Assembly: GCA_903860135.1 (NCBI GenBank)
Contig: CAIOPG010000004.1
Span: 21,558-85,557, forward strand
DNA: 64,000 bases
From: Candidatus Omnitrophota bacterium
GTDB lineage: Bacteria; Omnitrophota; Gorgyraeia; Zapsychrales; Fredricksoniimonadaceae
Direction: 5' to 3'
Shown here: positions 58,743 to 64,000 of the stretch, piece by piece
Numbering within the stretch: the first letter of the stretch is position 1
How the letters are laid out: each line of letters starts with the position of its first letter
Notes under the pieces: generated by a model
The model's input: the letters and a program-made list of their open reading frames with translations, nothing else
Told to the model about the DNA's origin: nothing
Databases searched by the model: none
Made by a program: the position numbers and the translations under genes

Positions 58743-60073
58743 TCTACCTCTTGCCGGCAATCCTCTCCATCGCCCTTGGCGTCCTGACCCTTAAAGCCAT
58801 CCTCAAAGACAGGCTCCCGGGGGCACTGCTTGTTTTCTTTCTAGGCTCAACACTCGGACTGGGCCTCAGCGGCTTCCTGACTTTTACAAGCTTCATTCTT
58901 TTCAACAAACTACTCACGCCCTTTGTCATCGTGTGCCATCTGGGAGCCCTCGGCTACCTCGGCATGATCCTGAAAAAATCCGGGCACCTAGACTTTACAG
59001 GCCTCGTGCGCTCCATACGTCGTCAAGATATCTTGGCTCTCTGCGCCATCGCGGCACTGGTCATCCCCATGATCCTGTTCACCCGGCTTTATCCTTACGG
59101 CGGCTGGGACGCCTGGGGCTTCTGGAACACCAAGGCCAGGTTCCTATTCCTCGGCGGAACGAACTGGACAGGCATGTTCGACCCAGCCCTGTGGCGCGTC
59201 CAGACATCCTACCCCTTTCTTTTGCCCCTGATCAATGTCTGGTTCTGGTCATTTGGCACCAGCGCGACCTACGCGGTTCCCGCAGCTATGACCTGTATCA
59301 TCCCGTTTCTAACCGCCGGACTGCTTTACAGCCTCCTCATGGAAATGACAAAAAAACCCTGGGCCATCCTGGCACCGGTTTGGATCTTCACCAACATGTT
59401 CACGATCCAGCTGGCCGCCAGCCAGTACAGCGATCTTCTGCTCGGTCTTTTCCTGCTGGCCGCCGTGGCCATGTTCATCCTTGCCCAAACAAAACAAGAC
59501 AACGCCTTCCTCATCCTGACAGGTCTGTTCCTGGGCATGATGGCTTTTACAAAAGTTGACGGCACCGCCCTCGCCGTTCTCACCCTGACCGCCGCCAGCG
59601 TCTTCACCCTCTGCAACACGCCCCCAAGCACCGTCCGTCGGCAAGCAATGGTCTTTCTTTTGACGGCCGCCACCGTAGCCGCCACCCCGCTCCTTGTTTT
59701 CCTGCTGGCCTACGCGCCCGCGAACAAACACATCTTCACCAACGGCTTGTTTTCACCCGATCATCCAACGTCTGTGGCGCGCCTTACCACCGTCCTTATC
59801 ATGTCTGGCCAGGAATTCATCAACCTGCGATGGAGTGGTTTATGGCTCGTCTTGGGCCTGATGTTTATCCTGGCGAGACCACACCAAAGCCTGCGCCCGG
59901 CTCTGCGCCTTATCCCCACTATTCTCGGCTCCTATTTTCTGGTATGCCTGATCACCTACACCATCAACACGGCTTATCCAGTGGCCTGGTGGATCGACTC
60001 CAGCTTCAACCGCATCGTCCTCGCCCTTATTCCAACGGTAACGCTCTGGGCTTTCCTGTCCCACGAAAAATAA
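58739..60073 (+). CDS. Polytopic membrane protein (~12 TM), possible GT-C-type glycosyltransferase or polymerase
   Basis: 444 aa, very hydrophobic with periodic loops; divergent from the WbpB/WbpD/GT2 operon. Family not resolvable by eye. Confidence 0.55.
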   Translation: MIYLLPAILSIALGVLTLKAILKDRLPGALLVFFLGSTLGLGLSGFLTFTSFILFNKLLTPFVIVCHLGALGYLGMILKKSGHLDFTGLVRSIRRQDILALCAIAALVIPMILFTRLYPYGGWDAWGFWNTKARFLFLGGTNWTGMFDPALWRVQTSYPFLLPLINVWFWSFGTSATYAVPAAMTCIIPFLTAGLLYSLLMEMTKKPWAILAPVWIFTNMFTIQLAASQYSDLLLGLFLLAAVAMFILAQTKQDNAFLILTGLFLGMMAFTKVDGTALAVLTLTAASVFTLCNTPPSTVRRQAMVFLLTAATVAATPLLVFLLAYAPANKHIFTNGLFSPDHPTSVARLTTVLIMSGQEFINLRWSGLWLVLGLMFILARPHQSLRPALRLIPTILGSYFLVCLITYTINTAYPVAWWIDSSFNRIVLALIPTVTLWAFLSHEK

Positions 60074-60074
60074 A

Positions 60075-60109
60075 GCCCCCGTTCTTTTTCAAGAACGAGG
60101 GCTTTTGTA
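60075..60109. terminator. Bidirectional rho-independent terminator
   Basis: agcccccgttctttttcaagaacgagggcttttg, flanked by A-run and T-run; between convergent membrane protein (+) and greA (-). Confidence 0.8.
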
Positions 60110-60128
60110 ACGCAACGATGAATTGATG

Positions 60129-60602
60129 TTACCGTTTGATATCCACCAGCTTGAAACGCTTCACCCCGGCCGGAACCGTAATGCTCACCTCATCTCCGAC
60201 CCGGTGCGTGAGAAGACCATTACCGATGGGCGAAAAGACAGAAATACGGCCTTCGCCAAACTCAGCTTCCTCGGGAGAAACAAGCGTATATTTGATATCT
60301 TTCTTCAGATCAAGGTCAACGAGCGTCACTGTCGCCCCAATGAAAGCCCTGTCCGAAGGAATATTCAGATCCTCAATAAAAGCAACGTCGGACAAAGTTC
60401 CCTCAAGCTGGGAAATGCGCGCCTCATTATGGGCCTGCGCATCCTTGGCCGCATCATACTCGGCATTCTCCGAAATATCCCCTTGCGCCCGCGCTTCACC
60501 AATAGCCTTGGCAATACGCTGACGCTCCGTGGTCTTCAGAGATTCCAGCTGATCCACAAGCTTCTGATAACCTTCCCTACTCAAATAAACTTGTCCGGCC
60601 AT
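60129..60602 (-). CDS. greA: Transcription elongation factor GreA
   Basis: N-terminal coiled-coil with acidic tip (ISENAEYDAAKD) plus C-terminal FKBP-like domain. Confidence 0.92.
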   Translation of the reverse strand: MAGQVYLSREGYQKLVDQLESLKTTERQRIAKAIGEARAQGDISENAEYDAAKDAQAHNEARISQLEGTLSDVAFIEDLNIPSDRAFIGATVTLVDLDLKKDIKYTLVSPEEAEFGEGRISVFSPIGNGLLTHRVGDEVSITVPAGVKRFKLVDIKR

Positions 60603-60652
60603 AATCCACCGACCCTGCCCTGAATATCAGCCGGCAGGATCACACTCCTTTC

Positions 60653-60886
60653 TTACATGCTCTCTACGGCTTTTTTCATCACCGGGACAACCGCCTCAAC
60701 CTCAACCTTGGTCATACGGCCAAGCTTGCTGAAACGCCACTCGCCCGACGCATCCTGATTCTCGCGACCAAGCTGAAGCTTTTTCTCTCCGCCATTATAG
60801 GAGAAAACACCGACACTAACGCGCGTCCCGTCAAACACCTGCACATCCTTGAACACTTCCACATCGAGCGACTTGTCGTAAGGCAT
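60653..60886 (-). CDS. Small ssDNA-binding-like protein (bacterial PC4/YdbC-like fold)
   Basis: 77 aa; pattern VSVGVFSYNGGEKKLQLGRE...GRMTKVEVEAV resembles the YdbC/PC4-like family. Confidence 0.4.
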   Translation of the reverse strand: MPYDKSLDVEVFKDVQVFDGTRVSVGVFSYNGGEKKLQLGRENQDASGEWRFSKLGRMTKVEVEAVVPVMKKAVESM

Positions 60887-60901
60887 GAAAACCCTCCTGT
60901 G

Positions 60902-61198
60902 TTAAGACAAACCCGGGATATCAAATCCGGGCATTTTTTGCATCTGAACCGCCGCCTCTTTCTGGGCCTTGCGGGTAGCCATATTGATCGCCTTGATCAA
61001 TTCTGTCTGAAACCGGCTCTTCTGTTTGGGATCGAGCCAGCTGTCATCAATTTCAATCGTATTAAAAATCTGCGCGCCGTTCAACTTAAGGCGGATCCCG
61101 CGCACTTCATTGTATTCAATCTCAAGCTTTTCAAGCTCTCTTTTAAGCATATCCGCTTTTTTCTTGAGCTCCAGCATCTTCTTCATCTGATCAAGCAT
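60902..61198 (-). CDS. ybaB: Nucleoid-associated protein YbaB/EbfC
   Basis: 98 aa; MLDQMKKM...KKA..LK.EL... and C-terminal MPGF..PGL motif. Confidence 0.85.
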   Translation of the reverse strand: MLDQMKKMLELKKKADMLKRELEKLEIEYNEVRGIRLKLNGAQIFNTIEIDDSWLDPKQKSRFQTELIKAINMATRKAQKEAAVQMQKMPGFDIPGLS

Positions 61199-61279
61199 GG
61201 GGGACTCCTTTAATTTATTATTATAATTTTATACTCTAAATATAAATCGTTGGCAAGCAAACTTTCATTTAATAGAAGG

Positions 61280-61573
61280 TCAACGGAATGAAAAGGCGAT
61301 GCCGGATAATGTTGGTACTAGGAAATGCTGTAGAAAGACAATGATCAGAAAAACAACCAGCGGCGAGAGGTCTACCGGCATGGCTGGGAGCAGGCGGCGG
61401 ATCGGTGCGAGCATCGGCTCGGTCGTGCGTTCGAGGAACTGGACAACGGGGTTAAAGGGGTCTGGATTCACCCAGCTGACCAGCGCGCGCACCAGGATCA
61501 GCCAATAAAGCACATTGAGCACAATACCCGTCACCTGCGCCAGGGCGGAGAAAAAATTTGCCAGTACAAACAT
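61280..61573 (-). CDS. yggT: YggT/Ycf19 family membrane protein
   Basis: LILVRALVSWVNPDPFNPVVQFL...EPML.PIRRLLP YggT signature. Confidence 0.8.
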   Translation of the reverse strand: MFVLANFFSALAQVTGIVLNVLYWLILVRALVSWVNPDPFNPVVQFLERTTEPMLAPIRRLLPAMPVDLSPLVVFLIIVFLQHFLVPTLSGIAFSFR

Positions 61574-61597
61574 CGTGATATCCTTTCGGTCGAAGTA

Positions 61598-62626
61598 TTA
61601 ACCCTGAATGATCGTGCGCGTCGGATAGGGAATAGCGATCCCTTCAGCCGCATAACGCTGGTGCAGGGCTTTGATCAGGTCATGGCGCAACGCCGCTGTA
61701 AATGACCAGTCACTGGCCCTTAAGATCACATTGAAATTAATGCTCGAATCAGCCAGCTCGGTGTAGCGCAGGACAGGTTCAAAAGCACAAACACCGCCGG
61801 GACTTTCTTGCTGGATCAAACGGGCCGCCGCCAGCGTGACACGCTCGACCTTGTCAAGGTCGGACGCATAATGCACCCCGACGGGAACCACGACGGCTGT
61901 CTCCATGTCCGGATAACAGTAATTCAACACCCGGGTATTGACCAGCAGTTTATTGGGCATAACCACGGTGTTGTTGTTGGGCTGGCAGATCCAGGTTGAA
62001 CGCCAGCCGATCTTGGTCACGGTGCCTTCTTCGCCCGACTCCAGCCGGATGAAATGGCCGACCTGAATAGGCTTATCCGTCACAAGCTGTATGCCCGAAA
62101 AAAAATTCTCCAGCGTCGGCTGAAGGGCAAGTGCCACCGCCAGGGAGCCGATACCCAGGGACGCAATGATCGGCGTGATCGAAACCCCGAAGCTGTCGAG
62201 CAGGATCAATGCGCCCAGCCCCATGATGACCACACGGACAAACCCCTGGACAACACCGCTGGACGTGCGCAGGATATCGATCCGGCCCGCGTAAACAGTG
62301 ACGAGCCCCCGTGCGAACTTGTCAAAGAAAAGCACCGTGGCCAGGATCGCCACGGATTTGAAAGCCCCCGGCAGGAAGCGCGCCACATCCACATGTGGAA
62401 TGAGATTCTGCACCACAAGGACACCCGTAGCGCAGATCATCAGGCGCAAGGGAATATCCATGGCACTGAAAAGCATATCGTCCAGTTTTGTTTGCGTCTT
62501 TGACGTGAATTTCCGGACAAGGGCAAACGCGACCTTCTTGGCCGTAAAAAAGAACACCACCCACAGCGTAAACGCCACCGGAACACTCACCCACGGCGAC
62601 CAACGCAACAAATCAACTTCTGTCAT
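61598..62626 (-). CDS. mscS: Small-conductance mechanosensitive channel (MscS family)
   Basis: 3 TM plus MscS beta-domain (PIQVGHFIRLESGEEGTVTKIGWRSTWI). Confidence 0.82.
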   Translation of the reverse strand: MTEVDLLRWSPWVSVPVAFTLWVVFFFTAKKVAFALVRKFTSKTQTKLDDMLFSAMDIPLRLMICATGVLVVQNLIPHVDVARFLPGAFKSVAILATVLFFDKFARGLVTVYAGRIDILRTSSGVVQGFVRVVIMGLGALILLDSFGVSITPIIASLGIGSLAVALALQPTLENFFSGIQLVTDKPIQVGHFIRLESGEEGTVTKIGWRSTWICQPNNNTVVMPNKLLVNTRVLNYCYPDMETAVVVPVGVHYASDLDKVERVTLAAARLIQQESPGGVCAFEPVLRYTELADSSINFNVILRASDWSFTAALRHDLIKALHQRYAAEGIAIPYPTRTIIQG

Positions 62627-62643
62627 AACCCCTCCGGCAATTA

Positions 62644-63237
62644 TTAAAAAACCTTGATCAGCGTCCCGTCGATCACGCGCTTTTCAACACGGTCCAGGAT
62701 ACGCTTGGTTTTACGCGACATGTATTTCAGTTCAGCCATGATCGCGCTGATGTCCTTGGTCGTGCGGTTAAAACCCAGCGCCGTGTCGCGCAACACCTCG
62801 GCGATATCATACACGTCAAGCATCACTTCCCCGGCGACAGGATGGGCGATGTCCAACGGCGTTTCATGGGTCCGGCGGGTGATCTCGATATACTTGGCTC
62901 CCAGGACACCCTCGGTCTGCACGGCGATGCGCGTCGACCGCCGGATCTGCGGCTCGAATTTCCTGTAGACATCCAGGACAACCTCGATGCCGCGCCCGTC
63001 AATATCATCGACAATAAAACCGATCCGTTCCACCCGCCCCACCGTAACCCCGGAAAGCCGGACAGGGGCCCCTTCGGTCAATCCACCAACCTTGTCAAAA
63101 AGAACCCGAACAGTGAACTTCGGTTCGGCCAGACCCTTGTTGATGCCTATGAATACAACAACCCCGGCCACAAGGATCACCCCGAGAAAAAAGAAAATAC
63201 CGGCCCAGACCTGTTTGATCACATCATCTTTCGGCAT
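62644..63237 (-). CDS. MCE-domain protein, second MlaD-like paralog
   Basis: N-terminal TM plus MCE domain (GAPVRLSGVTVGRVERI). Confidence 0.78.
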   Translation of the reverse strand: MPKDDVIKQVWAGIFFFLGVILVAGVVVFIGINKGLAEPKFTVRVLFDKVGGLTEGAPVRLSGVTVGRVERIGFIVDDIDGRGIEVVLDVYRKFEPQIRRSTRIAVQTEGVLGAKYIEITRRTHETPLDIAHPVAGEVMLDVYDIAEVLRDTALGFNRTTKDISAIMAELKYMSRKTKRILDRVEKRVIDGTLIKVF

Positions 63238-63240
63238 AGT

Positions 63241-63957
63241 TCACTCCAGAAATTCCCTGACAAATGGATCCGCCACAGCCCTTAATTCCTGTTCTGTTCC
63301 GCAGGCAACCGCCCGCCCCTGGTGCAAGACCAGCGCACGGTCCGCCGTGCGGAAGGCATTGCGCACATCATGCGTGGTGATGAGCGTTGTACAGCCCAGC
63401 TTCTTCGAAAGATCCCGGATGAGCAGGGAAATATCGCGGCTACGGACAGGGTCAAGCCCCGACGTCGGCTCATCACACAAAAGCACCTTTGAACCCAGTG
63501 CCAGCGCCCGGGCCAGCGCCGCGCGCTTGCGCATCCCTCCGGAAAGCTCCGACGGATACTTGCCTCCTGCCCCGGCCATGTCCACCATCCTCAAAAGCTC
63601 ATCAACCCTGGCCCTGATCACGGCAAGCCCTGACGCTGTATGTTCCCTGAGCGGAAAAGCAATGTTCTCTTCTACGGTCATAAAATCATACAGGGCACTG
63701 TCCTGAAACAGATAGCCCACATGCCGCCTGAACTTCAGAAGCTCCGGTTCCGCCAAACGGGTGACCGCAACCCCGTTGACCTCGATCGCGCCACTATCCG
63801 GCGGCATAAGCCCGATCAGGTTAAGCAGTAACACACTTTTCCCCGTCCCGCTGGAACCCATCACGGCCAGTATCTCACCGTCGGGCACATCAAAGTCAAG
63901 CCCGGCGAGCACCGTCTGACCGTTAAAGGACTTGGAAAGCCCCCGCACCCGGATCAT
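63241..63957 (-). CDS. ABC transporter ATP-binding protein, second MlaF-like paralog
   Basis: Walker A GSSGTGKS, signature LSGGMRKR, Walker B LLCDEPTSGLD. Confidence 0.85.
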   Translation of the reverse strand: MIRVRGLSKSFNGQTVLAGLDFDVPDGEILAVMGSSGTGKSVLLLNLIGLMPPDSGAIEVNGVAVTRLAEPELLKFRRHVGYLFQDSALYDFMTVEENIAFPLREHTASGLAVIRARVDELLRMVDMAGAGGKYPSELSGGMRKRAALARALALGSKVLLCDEPTSGLDPVRSRDISLLIRDLSKKLGCTTLITTHDVRNAFRTADRALVLHQGRAVACGTEQELRAVADPFVREFLE

Positions 63958-64000
63958 TGTTCGTAGGCACGGTAACGGTTAACAGCAAAACGGGTATACA
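63954..64000 (-). CDS. C-terminal end of upstream gene (probably MlaE-like permease), partial
   Basis: Open minus-strand frame ending ...RAYEQ* with a TGA overlapping the mlaF-like ATG (ATGA). Too short to identify. Confidence 0.3.
   Translation of the reverse strand, partial: YTRFAVNRYRAYEQ

Noticed and set aside
58933-59559. 208-aa plus-strand ORF in alternate frame of the polytopic membrane gene
   Set aside because: Pro/Arg/His-rich alternate-frame translation. The 58739-60073 frame gives a consistent 12-TM protein with ATGA coupling to the upstream gene.
1-64000. CRISPR arrays, rRNA genes, transposases/integrases
   Set aside because: No regularly spaced short repeats, no rRNA-like conserved stretches and no DDE/tyrosine-recombinase ORFs were found. 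The three islets lack their own mobility genes.

Overview
The window is a ~57% GC chromosomal segment of an LPS-containing diderm bacterium. Nearly all genes are on the minus strand, in long co-directional operons, often with ATGA start/stop overlaps. The operons carry the following genes.

Translation and replication: metG (partial), lysS, cysS, rpsF-ssb-rpsR-rplI-dnaB, glmU-prs-rplY-pth, holB, tmk, radA, greA, ybaB.

Isoprenoid (MEP) pathway: ispD and ispF, with ispE elsewhere in the window.

Outer membrane and LPS cluster: bamA-skp-lpxD-lpxC/fabZ fusion-lpxA-lpxI.

Lipid trafficking: two Mla/MCE-like ABC systems and lolCD.

Protein quality control: a Firmicutes-type mcsA-mcsB-clpC module.

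Signalling: a hybrid histidine kinase/Hpt phosphorelay.

Surface glycan genes: WbpB/WbpD-like enzymes, a GT2 glycosyltransferase and divergent polytopic membrane proteins.

Three small AT-rich (~40-45% GC) insertions interrupt this conserved backbone. First, a DUF1963 (YwqG-like) gene sits between cysE and ispF, flanked by ~80-160 bp direct repeats with palindromic cores. Second, a ~0.9 kb toxin-antitoxin-like islet (HicB-like, DUF2442, DUF4160) downstream of lysS is flanked by 23-bp direct repeats. Third, a BrnT/BrnA toxin-antitoxin pair plus a GIY-YIG gene lies at the 3' side of a tRNA-Gln(UUG).

An unannotated 33-aa ultra-basic peptide ORF, possibly a bS22-like ribosomal peptide, lies upstream of a TPR-ispE operon. 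Two bidirectional rho-independent terminators are evident. No CRISPR array, rRNA gene or transposase was found.
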